DNA from: a candidate division FCPU426 bacterium | Lineage (GTDB): Bacteria > Oederibacteriota > Muellerivitia > Muellerivitales > Muellerivitaceae | DNA length: 64,000 nt | Assembly: GCA_963719085.1 (NCBI GenBank) | Contig: CAVRAL010000004.1 | Coordinates: forward strand, 416,001-480,000 | Direction: 5' to 3' | Shown here: positions 1 to 10,391 of the stretch, one piece after another | How the letters are laid out: each line of letters starts with the position of its first letter | Position numbering within the stretch: position 1 is the stretch's first letter | Made by a program: the position numbers and the translations under genes | Notes under the pieces: generated by a model | Database searches by the model: none | Told to the model about the DNA's origin: nothing | The model's input: only the letters and a program-made list of their open reading frames with translations

Positions 1-963
1 CGCGACGGTTTTACGGCTGAGGGGGGCGGGACCGCCGGAAGTTTTCCCTGCCAATATAAATTGCAGAAACTTGGCCATATCGTTGGCGCTGGAAATCATT
101 CCAACCGCCGGAACATCCCGGTACCGCGGAACCTCAAAAAGGTTTCCACCGCGGCAACCGGGGGCCAGCGTCCTCGTGGAATCCAAAGCCCCGCCAAAGG
201 AAGAAGAACTCATCCCCAGAGGCTCAAATACATCTTTTCGCATGGCGTCCGGAAAACTTTCTTTTTTCTCAACCTCGATGACCCGTCCCAAAAGATCGTA
301 ATCGACGTAAGAGTACTTATAGAGCGTTTGGGGCGGCGCGACCATATAGTCGGACTGGAGCCCCTTCACTAAATCCGACAGACTGGGAGAAGGGTCGCCC
401 CACATCCCCCGGTAAAAAAAGCCGGGCAGGCCCGAATGCTGGGCCAGTAAAGACCGCAAGGTGATGGGTTTCGTGTTTTTAAACCGGGTATGAATCGAAA
501 AACCGGGCAAGGCCAAAGGATCTTCCAAACCCACCATATGGGCCTGAACTAGTTTCATCGTTTCCACCGCGGTGAAAAGTTCCGATGTCGCCCCCAAACG
601 ATAACGTGTGTCTTCCGTGGCCGCTTCATGGGTCACCGGGTCGGCTTGACCAAATCCCTTGGCCCAAACGATTTTTCCCCCATCGACCAGCGCCACGCTG
701 AATCCCTTAACGTTGTCCTTCCCGACTTTATCCAGCAAATAGGCGTTCAGATTGGAGACGGCCTCCGAATAATCGGCATGGGGATTAACGGTCGGCGTCG
801 CGGTGACCGTAAAGGTCGCGGTCAGCTGAGGCGTGGGCGGCAAAGTGGGAAGCGCCGTCATCGGAAGCGGGGTTCCGGATGCGGTGGGAGTGACGCCCGC
901 TGATTGGGCAAAAAGCGGGGCTCCGGGGAAAAACATCAAAAACCAAACGATGTTTTTGTTCAT
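1..963 (-). CDS. Exported beta-lactamase-family (serine hydrolase) protein, truncated by window edge; catalytic motifs degenerate
   Basis: Not in the ORF track; translated by hand from ATG at 963: signal peptide, P/T linker, then GFSVALVDGEKIVWAQGFG, YRLGATSELFTA, ITLRSLLAQHSGLP, YKYSYVDYDLLGRVIE. Confidence 0.85.
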   Translation of the reverse strand, partial: MNKNIVWFLMFFPGAPLFAQSAGVTPTASGTPLPMTALPTLPPTPQLTATFTVTATPTVNPHADYSEAVSNLNAYLLDKVGKDNVKGFSVALVDGGKIVWAKGFGQADPVTHEAATEDTRYRLGATSELFTAVETMKLVQAHMVGLEDPLALPGFSIHTRFKNTKPITLRSLLAQHSGLPGFFYRGMWGDPSPSLSDLVKGLQSDYMVAPPQTLYKYSYVDYDLLGRVIEVEKKESFPDAMRKDVFEPLGMSSSSFGGALDSTRTLAPGCRGGNLFEVPRYRDVPAVGMISSANDMAKFLQFILAGKTSGGPAPLSRKTVA

Positions 964-1125
964 TTTAAGGAATCCTGAGACTCGGGATGGAACCAATCAG
1001 GCGCGCTTTTTTCGTCCATGAGCCATTTTAACTTTTTTGAGCGGGAGTTACCTTGAAAATAGATTCTATCTCGAAAACGGGCTTTAGGGAAAAGCCAAAC
1101 GCCAGACCATGATTTCTCGAGTTAT

Positions 1126-2190
1126 TTAAAAATGATAGGTGAGATCCATCGCCAAACGAAGCCCGCTTAAATCCATGACTAATTTCCGCGCGGCCGCTAC
1201 TTGGGCTTGCGTGATCCCAAAATTGGCGTAGTCCGCGCTGTTATTAGGCACAAAATTAATGACATTCAACCCGCTATTGGGATCATTAAACATCATCAAT
1301 GTTCCCGGCACGCCGTTCCGGGCCGACACCACCGCGTCCGTATAGGTTCCGGTAAAGTTTGTCGCGTAGCTGTATTGATAGCCGCCCTTGAACGACAAAG
1401 CCAATCCGCCTCCCAAATCCATCGCCGCGCCCATTTTGAGGGAGGCGTCAAAGGCGGTCGCGTTCCCGGTGTCGCCCGTTTGATCCGTTGACGGAGTATT
1501 TCCCGTGTTTTGCTCGGTTTGAGTCAATTGGGCCGTCATCGGCTGGACGCCGGCTCCCCCTTCCAGGAAAAAACGGGCACCCTCATTAGCTGTCTTAAAA
1601 AAATAAAACCGGGAAAAAACGTTAAGTTCCAAGGAACTTAAGTTCCGTTGCCAATCATGAGAATATTGCGGATGAACGTCGGCCGCGTCAAAAATAAAAG
1701 GCGTGAAGGCCCAATAATCAAAGTTCAATCCCACATCGAGGTTTGACGTCAGGGGATAAAAAGGGGCGACTTCAAAAACCACGGCGTTATCGGGACCCGA
1801 GGCATGGAATCGGTATTGATCGGCGGGATTGCCCGCTTGTAATTGGGCGTAATGAAAATTGAGGTAAGCCTGATTCGAGTTGAAGTCGGCCAAATTGAAA
1901 AAGGCCAATTCGGTGGAGATCCGGGCCCCAAAAATACCCAAAGGAATGGTGCACTCTCCCGAAGGCGCGGGAAGGGTCGGGCTGGCAGTGCTGGTTCCCA
2001 GCGTTGGCTGGGAATCGCTGAAATCCTCCGCCGAGGGGGTGGGTGTGTTCACCAAGCCGGAGGTTAAAGAAGACGGAGTAGGCGCCGAAGCGGGAAGCGT
2101 CATCGGCTCGCCCGCGGGAACCGGCGTTTGGGCTTCCAAAAAAGAAGCGCTAAGCAGAATCGAAATAATTGAAACGATTACCCGGACCAT
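1126..2190 (-). CDS. Putative outer-membrane beta-barrel protein with N-terminal P/T/S-rich linker
   Basis: Signal peptide, alternating amphipathic strands, C-terminal ...LTYHF. Confidence 0.6.
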   Translation of the reverse strand: MVRVIVSIISILLSASFLEAQTPVPAGEPMTLPASAPTPSSLTSGLVNTPTPSAEDFSDSQPTLGTSTASPTLPAPSGECTIPLGIFGARISTELAFFNLADFNSNQAYLNFHYAQLQAGNPADQYRFHASGPDNAVVFEVAPFYPLTSNLDVGLNFDYWAFTPFIFDAADVHPQYSHDWQRNLSSLELNVFSRFYFFKTANEGARFFLEGGAGVQPMTAQLTQTEQNTGNTPSTDQTGDTGNATAFDASLKMGAAMDLGGGLALSFKGGYQYSYATNFTGTYTDAVVSARNGVPGTLMMFNDPNSGLNVINFVPNNSADYANFGITQAQVAAARKLVMDLSGLRLAMDLTYHF

Positions 2191-2328
2191 GCTTCGATTT
2201 TACCTTTTTTGGCGCCCACGTAACAAAAATGAATTTTTATGATTTAATTTCAGATTTATTGTCGGCTCCTTTAGAATCCACCCATTCCAAAAACTTCTTT
2301 GGGAACCATCATTTAAGGAGACTTTTTC

Positions 2329-3288
2329 ATGAAAAACCATTTCAAATTTTTAACCGCGCTTATTCTGGGTTTGGGCCTCGCCGGCTTCGCGCAGGCGGAT
2401 AATTTGGCCGCAGCCACAGACAGCTTTCAAGTCTCCCCGGCTTCCCAACCTTCGGCTTATGAGTCGGAATTCGCGAAAGTCACCCATAAAAAGCGAGTCG
2501 AAGAAACCCCGGATACGGACCAACCCTCTGGCACCGTTTTTGACGATTCCAAATTCTTCGCCCAAATTTACAGCGGTTATGACTTTTCATCCCTCGGCGA
2601 TTTGGCTTCCGGAACAACCGCCTGGATCAACTACGGCAAATCGCAGGCCGTCGCCACCACCGGCGGCGCGAACGGCAGCGGCGTGTTGGCTGGCGCCCTT
2701 TTCGGCGTTCGGTTGAATCCGACCAATAGCTTATCCCTGGACCTCGGAAGCGTATTTACCTTTTCCAACGGATTTACTTTGACTGGTCCCGGGAACTCAA
2801 TTTCTCAAACCCTGGACCCCCTCCTTTTGAGTGCCTCCATTGACTATACCCTGGATATCGTCAAGAACGCGGGAAGCCACACTTACATCAGTGTCGGTGC
2901 CGGTTGGTATCACGCCTCCGTCAATTATGAACTCGCGGAAAGTTCCCCCGCGAGTGTATTGGGGCAAGGCACTTATACGGGCGACACGATCGGCGGCACA
3001 TTATCTATCGGCGAGGAAGTCGATTTAGGAAATTCTTTTGGGTTGGATTTTTCCGTCCGTGGCCGTTATGCCAGCTTTGGCAGGGTCAGTTCCAATACGG
3101 GCACCTCCTTTTCCGGTGGCGGCACCCCCGATTCCTTGGCCATCAGTTCAACTACGTTCCCCGGTTATAACATTTTGCTTCCGGTCTCAAACGCCGGCAT
3201 TGATGCCAATCCTAGTTTGATACGTTACGCGGTTCTGGATTACACCGGCATCGACGCGAAATTGGGGCTAAGCCTGTATTTTAATTAA
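2329..3288 (+). CDS. Putative outer-membrane beta-barrel protein
   Basis: Signal peptide, AAGGAG RBS, beta-strand pattern (TYISVGAGWY), C-terminal ...LSLYFN. Confidence 0.65.
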   Translation: MKNHFKFLTALILGLGLAGFAQADNLAAATDSFQVSPASQPSAYESEFAKVTHKKRVEETPDTDQPSGTVFDDSKFFAQIYSGYDFSSLGDLASGTTAWINYGKSQAVATTGGANGSGVLAGALFGVRLNPTNSLSLDLGSVFTFSNGFTLTGPGNSISQTLDPLLLSASIDYTLDIVKNAGSHTYISVGAGWYHASVNYELAESSPASVLGQGTYTGDTIGGTLSIGEEVDLGNSFGLDFSVRGRYASFGRVSSNTGTSFSGGGTPDSLAISSTTFPGYNILLPVSNAGIDANPSLIRYAVLDYTGIDAKLGLSLYFN

Positions 3289-3305
3289 GCGGACGGCCCA
3301 CCCAA

Positions 3306-3343
3306 CAAAAAAGCCGGACTGGAAATCCAGTCCGGCTTTTTTG
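3306..3343. terminator. Bidirectional intrinsic terminator
   Basis: caaaaaagccggactgg-aaat-ccagtccggcttttttg between convergent genes. Confidence 0.9.
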
Positions 3344-3583
3344 TTTTCAGCGAGCTTCAACACGTAACGATCATAAAGAATCTGAATCACCTGCCCAAAC
3401 CCGGTATTGAGGATTGAAGGGAACGGATCGGGGAACCCGCTCCGAACGTCTCAAAATTCTATGGACTGCCATGATATCAACCGAGTGTCCAATGAACTAA
3501 CAAGGCTGAATCGGCGCCTCTCGAACCAGCCGGTTTTTCTAAATCGAATATGGAGAAAAAATCATTCGTGAAATCAGAGGATT

Positions 3584-5794
3584 TTATTTAGGCTTTAAGG
3601 ATCCATGAGCATGGGCGGGGATTTCCAAAGCCCCCGCCGGTATGATTTCAAACCGGTCAGCGCCCGGTCTTTTCCAAAGCAAATGAAAAAGGGCCACGCC
3701 GCCCTGGGTCTTGTTGAATTCCACCCGCAAGGGATGGTCGCCCGCGCGTAAATAATCGTCGGAAGATTCTTGATTCCCGGATTCCAAAATATTTTTCCCA
3801 TCCAAAACAAGCCGGCTTTGATCCGTCGCGAGGATCAAAAATTGGTACAGACCTGTTTTTTTCACCCTCAATCGCCCGGTCCATTGAATGGTCAAGGGCG
3901 GCGTCACCGCGACCGGAAAATCATTCCAAAGGGCGAAATTCAAAACCGGGTCCACTTGGGTGTAAAGTCCGGCCGAAGATCGGTACTCCCCTAAAAGCCC
4001 TTGTCCCGAATCCCGGTACTGGCGGGCCAACTTGAATCCGGGCCCCAAAGCGGAGGCCGGAACCTCATAGACATAAACCCTCACGATGCCGTCCCCATCC
4101 CGAAAATCCTGGACCGCCCCCCCGGGATAGAGTTCTTGCAACAACTCCAAAAGACCGGTTTGGGCCCGATCCAAAACAAACCAAGCCCCCCGGGCCGCGG
4201 GAAGCGCGGGCGGCCACGGGCCCGCCGGCCAAGGCATGGGCTTTATTTGTTGGGCCTGGAAATAATCCAGAAACCGAATCGTGTAATTGCCGTAAAAATG
4301 GGGAGTCAGGTAATAATCGTTTTTCCCCCCATCGGATCGGATTAAGTCCGCGACCCCGGTTTCTTTCAGGTCGGAGGCCCACTGAAAATCAGCCGACGGT
4401 GCCATGTCGCTGAAATAAATTTTCCCGTTTTGAAAAGCGATCCAACCCAGCGTCAGCGCCAATAAAACCCACCGGCCCCGGCGCGCCAGGGACCCGGGAT
4501 TCCGGGAGAGGACCCGGCCCGTTTCCAGAAGCCCCGTGGCCGCCAAAAAAGCCACGAAGGGCAAAGCCCCAAACGAGCGGGCCGCGTGACCGGGATTAAC
4601 CGTCAAGGTCGCCGGCAGGCACATCAGCGCGGCCCCGATTAAACCGTAAAAATACTTTCGTTCCCGCCAGTGATATAAGGCGAATCCAAAACCCAAAACC
4701 AACAGCATGCCGGAAGCGTCGTCCAACATCCGGTGGCCCGGTAAATTATGCAGGAGCCAGCCATCGCCCCGATGATTGAACATCAAGGCCGACCGCAAAG
4801 GATTTTCCAAAACGAGCCGCCATTGCTGATGGGTTCGGGCCTCCTCGAAAATGGACAAATGATCGGACGGAGTGCCGAATCCCCCCATACGGGACACGTG
4901 CCGTAACATCGACACGGAACAAGCCAGAAAAAAAAGCAGGCACAGCGCCAAGGTCGGAACCGCCCGGACTAGGCCGGGCCGCCTGTCCCATGCCTCGAAA
5001 AGGAAGATTAAAAATAAAACGATCAACAGGGGTTTGAAGGAGTCATAGGTGTAAAACCCAATGGTTAAAAAGAGGGTTGAAAGAAGCCAAGCCCATTTTT
5101 TACCCGACACCAAAGCGTAGTAACCAAAGCCCAAACAGCCAAACATAAAAAAATGGACGTCCATCACGGGATGGGCCATCCGGGCCAAGGTAAAATCCCA
5201 GCGCATGGGGGCGATCAAAGCCAAGGTTAAAAGGGCGGTTGGCGCTCCGGCGAGTTGACGGAAAAACCAATAAATGAAAAATAATGAGACCAATGAAAGC
5301 AAAGCCGAATAAAGAAAAAGATGATATGGGGTGGGAGAAAAAAAACGAAACCAAGCGGCCAATTCATAATAAATCGGGGCCGGAAACATAAAATGATCTT
5401 GGGAATCATTGATGAGCGGAAGCCATCCCTCATGCAATATCCGAAGGGCGCCCCATCCCTCATTTCCCGCGTCCGGGTTCAGCCCCGCGGGAATGGAGGC
5501 CAGCTTGACCAATCGAAAAAGGGCGGCTTCCAGCAAAAGGGCTGAACCGCCCAGCCATTCCCATCGGCTTGAAACCGAGAAAAAATATTCCGGCGGCCGT
5601 TTTTCTTGAGCCGCCTTGATGAAAAAAAGAACCGCGGCCAAATCCGATAAACAACCTAGGGCCAAATATCCCCAAGCGCCCTGTTGAACCAGCAGTAATT
5701 GGCCCACCCCGACAAAAAAGAATGAAAACCCTAAATACACCAGGGATCGGGAATTTGAGGCCGGGATTGAGCTTGATGAAATGGGGGCTGACAT
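3584..5794 (-). CDS. ArnT/PMT-like (GT-C fold) membrane glycosyltransferase with C-terminal PA14 domain
   Basis: FRLVKLASIPAGLNPDAG loop, many TM helices, C-terminal IQWTGRLRV..TGLYQF..DQSRLVLDG..LRAGDHPLRVEF. Confidence 0.75.
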   Translation of the reverse strand: MSAPISSSSIPASNSRSLVYLGFSFFFVGVGQLLLVQQGAWGYLALGCLSDLAAVLFFIKAAQEKRPPEYFFSVSSRWEWLGGSALLLEAALFRLVKLASIPAGLNPDAGNEGWGALRILHEGWLPLINDSQDHFMFPAPIYYELAAWFRFFSPTPYHLFLYSALLSLVSLFFIYWFFRQLAGAPTALLTLALIAPMRWDFTLARMAHPVMDVHFFMFGCLGFGYYALVSGKKWAWLLSTLFLTIGFYTYDSFKPLLIVLFLIFLFEAWDRRPGLVRAVPTLALCLLFFLACSVSMLRHVSRMGGFGTPSDHLSIFEEARTHQQWRLVLENPLRSALMFNHRGDGWLLHNLPGHRMLDDASGMLLVLGFGFALYHWRERKYFYGLIGAALMCLPATLTVNPGHAARSFGALPFVAFLAATGLLETGRVLSRNPGSLARRGRWVLLALTLGWIAFQNGKIYFSDMAPSADFQWASDLKETGVADLIRSDGGKNDYYLTPHFYGNYTIRFLDYFQAQQIKPMPWPAGPWPPALPAARGAWFVLDRAQTGLLELLQELYPGGAVQDFRDGDGIVRVYVYEVPASALGPGFKLARQYRDSGQGLLGEYRSSAGLYTQVDPVLNFALWNDFPVAVTPPLTIQWTGRLRVKKTGLYQFLILATDQSRLVLDGKNILESGNQESSDDYLRAGDHPLRVEFNKTQGGVALFHLLWKRPGADRFEIIPAGALEIPAHAHGSLKPK

Positions 5795-5878
5795 TCGGGG
5801 TTAAAAGCCTTTCGGATAATGCCAGTTGGAAACTTGAATCGGTTCATCAAAACCGGGCGGCGCCGGTTCTTTCGGCGC

Positions 5879-8800
5879 CTAACTCCGCACCGCGAAATAC
5901 TCGCATTCGGGGTGGTGGATGACGATCGCCGAAGTCGATTGTTCCGGCACCATCATATGGGCCTCTGTCAGCGAGATGCCGATCGCCTTGGTGGCGTCCA
6001 GCAGGCGGAAATATTTTTCCTGGTCCGATTGCTCCGGGCAAGCCGGATAACCGGGTGAATAGCGCTTCCCCTGTCCAATCGGAAGGTTCCATTCTTTGCG
6101 GATGCGGCGGTGGATCCATTCGGCCATGGCTTCCGCGGTTTGCACGGCGAGCCCATGTAAATAGTAGGACTCGGAGTATTTGCCTTCTTTGTTCAGCCGC
6201 TCGGTTTCTTCCGTGGCTCGGTCGCCCACCGTCACGACTTGAAACGCCACCACGTCTTTTTCGCCCGATGACAGGGGTTTAAAATAATCCGACAGGCACA
6301 AGTGCCGTCCCACCCTTTGGCGGGGGAACTTGAACCGTTCGAGTTCCTTACCCTTGTCGTCATAAATCATCAGGTCATTGCCCTCGGACGCGGCGCACCA
6401 ATAGCCATAGACCAATTTGGGCTCGAACAAACCGCTGGCTAAAATCTCATCCTGCATCTTGAGGCGCATGGGCTCGAATTGGGTCTTGATCATGTGCTTG
6501 TACTCGTCCGAATCCTTGCCCTTCACGCCCCAGTTGAGTTTGTAAAGCTGGGTCAAGTCCAAATAAGGCCACACTTCGCGCAAGGGCACCTTTTGAATAA
6601 TGGAAGTCCCAAAGAAAGGATTCTTGGGGAAAAAGGTCGCGGGTTTTACCGTGGGCGGGTATTTTTCGGGCGTGGCTTCGCCTTCTTCCACCACGGCGTC
6701 GGCGAAATTAGTTTCCTTCGCTTTCAAGGCGTCTTCCTTCACCTTGTTGCGGAAAGTTTCCCGGCTGGCCAAATCGGACAAGGCGTTCAAAATGTCCAAC
6801 CCCTCAAAAGCGTCCTTGGCGTAATAAACACCCGGTTCGTAGAGCTTTTCATCCACAAAACTGATGCGGTAGCCGTAGCGGCGGTTGATGGCCGCGCCGC
6901 CCACCACCACGGGATATTGAAGCCCGAGTTTTTCGAGTTCTTGCACGCAAATGGGCATCTGCTTGGAGGTAACCACCAAAAGGGCGGACAAACCGATGGC
7001 GTCGGCCTGCACTTCCTGCGCCTTGGCGATGATGGCGGAAACCGGCACTTGTTTACCCAGGTCAAACACCGTGTAACCGTTGTTGGAAAGGATGGTGCGC
7101 ACCAAGTTTTTTCCGATATCGTGCACATCGCCGTATACCGTGGCCAAAACGACTTTCCCCTTGGACGCTGAGCTGTTTTTATCTAAAAACTGTTCCACGT
7201 AACTCACGGCTTTTTTCATGACCTCCGCCGACTGCAAAACGAAGGGCAAAATGAGTTCGCCCGAGCCGAACTTATCCCCGACTTCTTTCATGGCCGGAAG
7301 CAAAACCGTGTTCAAAACCTGCACGGCGGTCTTTTCTTTTAAAACCTCCGCCAAGTCTTCCTCAATCTTGTCGGGCCTGCGGTTGACGATTTTCCAATGC
7401 GCCCTTTGGGCGGGCGTCATGCCTTCGGTCGGATTCACGGCGGCCTGCGCCTCCACCGGTCCCTTGCCCTCAAAATGTTGGATGAATTTGGCCAGCGCCT
7501 GCGGGTCCCGGTTAAACACCAAGTCATCGGACAGTTTGCGTTCGTCTTCCGGGATGGCGGCATAGGGCTTGATGTCAGCGGGATTTAAGATGGCCATATC
7601 CATGCCGGCCTGCACGCAATGGTAAAGAAAGACCGAGTTCAAAACTTCACGGGCCTGCTTGGCCAGCCCAAAGGAAACGTTCGAAAGGCCGAGGATGGTT
7701 CGGACGCCGGGGATTTCTTTTTTAATAGCCCGGATGCCTTCCAGGGTCTCGACGGCGGAATTCCTAAATTCTTCCTCGCCGGTGGCCAAGGTAAAGGTCA
7801 GGGCGTCAAACACGATATCCTCGGCCGGGATGCCGTACTCGTTCACGCAGATGTCGGTGATTTTTTTCGCCACTTCCAATTTACGCGCGGCCGTCTTGGC
7901 CATGCCCTTTTCCGCGGGTTTGGACTTGTCGTAATAAAGATCGTCAATCGTCATGGCCACGACCGTGGCCCCGTATTTTTTAGCCAAGGGGCAAACCCGT
8001 TTCACCCGGCCGCCGTCCCCTTCCAAATTGATCGAGTTGATCATGGCCCGGCCCGGATAAATTTTGAGGGCTTCCTCAATGACATCCGACTCGGTGGAAT
8101 CGATCATGAGCGGGCTGTCCACGCCTAAAGCCAGCTTTTTCACGATCTTCTTCATCTGCTCTTTTTCATCCGCGCGCTCGGTCAAGGCCACGCAAATATC
8201 CAGCACATGGGCGCCGCCTTCGGCTTGGCCCCGGCCCACATTCACCATGCCCTGATAATCATCGGCCAAAAGCATTTGCTTGATTTTGCGCGACCCTTGG
8301 GAATTCACCCGCTCGCCTACGATGAGGGGTTTGGGGTCTTGGTCCATGGAAACGCTTTTGATCATGGACGAGACGTTGCAAACATGCGTCACGGCGCGCT
8401 TTTTAGGTTTTTGTTTGCCGATGGCCTCAACGACTTGGCGCAAATGCTCGTGCGTGGTTCCGCAACAGCCGCCCACCACGCCCACGCCGAATTCCTCGAC
8501 GAATTCCTTCAGCGCCGACGCCAGTTCTTTAGGGCCCAGCGGATAAAAGGCCTGGCCGCCCCGGTTTTCAGGGAGCCCCGCGTTCGGGATGGTGGAAATA
8601 GGGATATGGGAATATTGGCTCAAGTACCGCACCGAGTCCTTCATTTCTTTAGGACCGGTAGAACAATTCATGCCGATGACGTCGATGGGAAGCCGGGAAA
8701 AGGTGGAAAGCACGGAACCAATCTCGGTTCCTAAAAGCATGCGGCCCGTGGTGTCGAGCGTAGTTTGGGCTTGGATGGCGACTTTTGATTTTTTCTCAAG

Positions 8801-9349
8801 ACGGGCCCGGTGACAGCCGAATACCGCCGCCCGCATTTCAAGAATATCCTGGCTGGTCTCCACCAATAAAGCGTCCACGCCCGCGTCGATCATGATGCAG
8901 GCCTGTTCGTAATAAATGGCTTCCAGTTCATCCACCGTGATATTTCCCAAGTCCGGGTCTTCGGAGGCCGGCAGCATCCCGGTGGGGCCCATGGATCCGA
9001 CGACAAAGCGGGGATGATCCGGCGTGGAATATTTATCCGCCAGCTCTCGGGCCAGCTTGACCGCGGCCGTATTCACCTGGACGATTTGATCCGCGATGCC
9101 GTACTCGGCCAGCTTTAAGCGGTTGGAACCGAAGGTATTGGTTTCCAGGGCGTCCACGCCCACCTTGAGAAAGCCCTCATGGATTTCCCGGATCACTTGG
9201 GGCTTGGTAATGACCAAATAGTCGTTCAGGCCTTCTTTCCCGCCAAAATCCTCTTTGGACAGGTTGTAGGTCTGGATATTGGTGCCCATGGCGCCATCGA
9301 AAATGATGACCTTTTCTTTTAAAACGTCCAAATAAAGCGGTCGGGACAC
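5879..9349 (-). CDS. metH: Cobalamin-dependent methionine synthase
   Basis: FDGAMGT, GGCCGTT, VGERVN, GDVHDIGKNLV, RYSPGYPACP; 1156 aa. Confidence 0.98.
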   Translation of the reverse strand: MSRPLYLDVLKEKVIIFDGAMGTNIQTYNLSKEDFGGKEGLNDYLVITKPQVIREIHEGFLKVGVDALETNTFGSNRLKLAEYGIADQIVQVNTAAVKLARELADKYSTPDHPRFVVGSMGPTGMLPASEDPDLGNITVDELEAIYYEQACIMIDAGVDALLVETSQDILEMRAAVFGCHRARLEKKSKVAIQAQTTLDTTGRMLLGTEIGSVLSTFSRLPIDVIGMNCSTGPKEMKDSVRYLSQYSHIPISTIPNAGLPENRGGQAFYPLGPKELASALKEFVEEFGVGVVGGCCGTTHEHLRQVVEAIGKQKPKKRAVTHVCNVSSMIKSVSMDQDPKPLIVGERVNSQGSRKIKQMLLADDYQGMVNVGRGQAEGGAHVLDICVALTERADEKEQMKKIVKKLALGVDSPLMIDSTESDVIEEALKIYPGRAMINSINLEGDGGRVKRVCPLAKKYGATVVAMTIDDLYYDKSKPAEKGMAKTAARKLEVAKKITDICVNEYGIPAEDIVFDALTFTLATGEEEFRNSAVETLEGIRAIKKEIPGVRTILGLSNVSFGLAKQAREVLNSVFLYHCVQAGMDMAILNPADIKPYAAIPEDERKLSDDLVFNRDPQALAKFIQHFEGKGPVEAQAAVNPTEGMTPAQRAHWKIVNRRPDKIEEDLAEVLKEKTAVQVLNTVLLPAMKEVGDKFGSGELILPFVLQSAEVMKKAVSYVEQFLDKNSSASKGKVVLATVYGDVHDIGKNLVRTILSNNGYTVFDLGKQVPVSAIIAKAQEVQADAIGLSALLVVTSKQMPICVQELEKLGLQYPVVVGGAAINRRYGYRISFVDEKLYEPGVYYAKDAFEGLDILNALSDLASRETFRNKVKEDALKAKETNFADAVVEEGEATPEKYPPTVKPATFFPKNPFFGTSIIQKVPLREVWPYLDLTQLYKLNWGVKGKDSDEYKHMIKTQFEPMRLKMQDEILASGLFEPKLVYGYWCAASEGNDLMIYDDKGKELERFKFPRQRVGRHLCLSDYFKPLSSGEKDVVAFQVVTVGDRATEETERLNKEGKYSESYYLHGLAVQTAEAMAEWIHRRIRKEWNLPIGQGKRYSPGYPACPEQSDQEKYFRLLDATKAIGISLTEAHMMVPEQSTSAIVIHHPECEYFAVRS

Positions 9350-9438
9350 GGGACACCCTTCTTTCTATATATAAGGGACAGAGCGCCACAGTTTAAGGAC
9401 TTCCGCCCCGGTCTTCAAGCGCCCCGCGTCGGGGCAAT

Positions 9439-9476
9439 AAAAAAGGGGCGGAAACCTTTCGGTCCCGCCCCTTTTC
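9439..9476 (-). terminator. Intrinsic terminator of the small His-rich gene
   Basis: aaaaggggcgg...ccgcccctttt hairpin with T-run on the minus strand. Confidence 0.75.
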
Positions 9477-9531
9477 ATCCTGAAACAACTCAATCGGCCT
9501 TAAGGATTGAACCCTTATTCAGCCGCCAAGA

Positions 9532-9783
9532 TCAATTATGGATCCCGACATTAAGGCTGACCCCGTTACGCGGCGGCGGCGCCTCATGATAATCGTTGTC
9601 ATAATAACGATGGTGATGGTCGTAATAATAGCGGCGGTGATTCCAGTAGTGATAATGCCTCACCGGCGCCACCACAATGACCTTCGCGTGGTCGTCATGA
9701 TCATGATGGTAATCATCCGCCATCGCGACCCCCGTTACCGCCAAAAACAAAAGCCCCAAAAAAGCGTTTAAAAGTTTTTTCAT
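9532..9783 (-). CDS. Small exported His/Tyr/Asp-rich protein
   Basis: GGGAG RBS, signal peptide MKKLLNAF..AMA, low-complexity HHDHDDH/HHHRYY. Confidence 0.65.
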   Translation of the reverse strand: MKKLLNAFLGLLFLAVTGVAMADDYHHDHDDHAKVIVVAPVRHYHYWNHRRYYYDHHHRYYDNDYHEAPPPRNGVSLNVGIHN

Positions 9784-10067
9784 AAATTCTCCCTTACAAC
9801 CAAAGACGGCGACTTCCTGGCACACCTAGGACAAGATAAAAAATCTTTCCTTACGAGAAAAACGCGCTTGGTTTCCCGATCAAAAATAGGAGGTGTGGAG
9901 AGCAGGCCGTGATGACGCTCGTTTACTATCCGCTTACCAACGGATTAAAGACAGTGCCCGGGAAAAAGAAATGAAAATAGTTTATCGGTCCCGAGAATTT
10001 ACCGATCAAAATGATTCCATTCGGATGAGAAAAGGCGTTTGGACCAAGCGGGGGCGGCGAAACTAGG

Positions 10068-10391
10068 CTAAAGCCGCTTTTTCGGACCGCGTTTTTTTGA
10101 GGGCATTTTCTTTCGACGGACCCGAGCGCCTAGCCATTTTTCAACTAATTCCATTTTTGCCCGGCGGGTTTTTCGTTTGTATCGGCGCTCACGTTTAAGG
10201 GCTTGTGAATAGGTGCCGATTTTACGGCTGAAGACCAACTCAACGGGAAGCCGCGTTTTGGTATAGCGGGCGCCCCTGCCTAAAGAATGATTCTTCACCC
10301 GGGTAGCCAAACGGTTGCTGATGCCGGTGTAGAGGGTGCCGTCCGCGCAGCGCAGCATGTAGAGAAACCACGGATTGGGGTTCTTTACCAT
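10068..10391 (-). CDS. GIY-YIG nuclease family protein (UPF0213/YhbQ-like)
   Basis: WFLYMLRCADGTLYTGIS..R...H..GRGARYT..RLPVELV; start overlaps the upstream stop. Confidence 0.9.
   Translation of the reverse strand: MVKNPNPWFLYMLRCADGTLYTGISNRLATRVKNHSLGRGARYTKTRLPVELVFSRKIGTYSQALKRERRYKRKTRRAKMELVEKWLGARVRRKKMPSKKRGPKKRL

Noticed and set aside
9350..9530. Cobalamin or SAM riboswitch upstream of metH
   Set aside because: No recognisable B12-box or S-box consensus; the only hairpin is the upstream gene's terminator.
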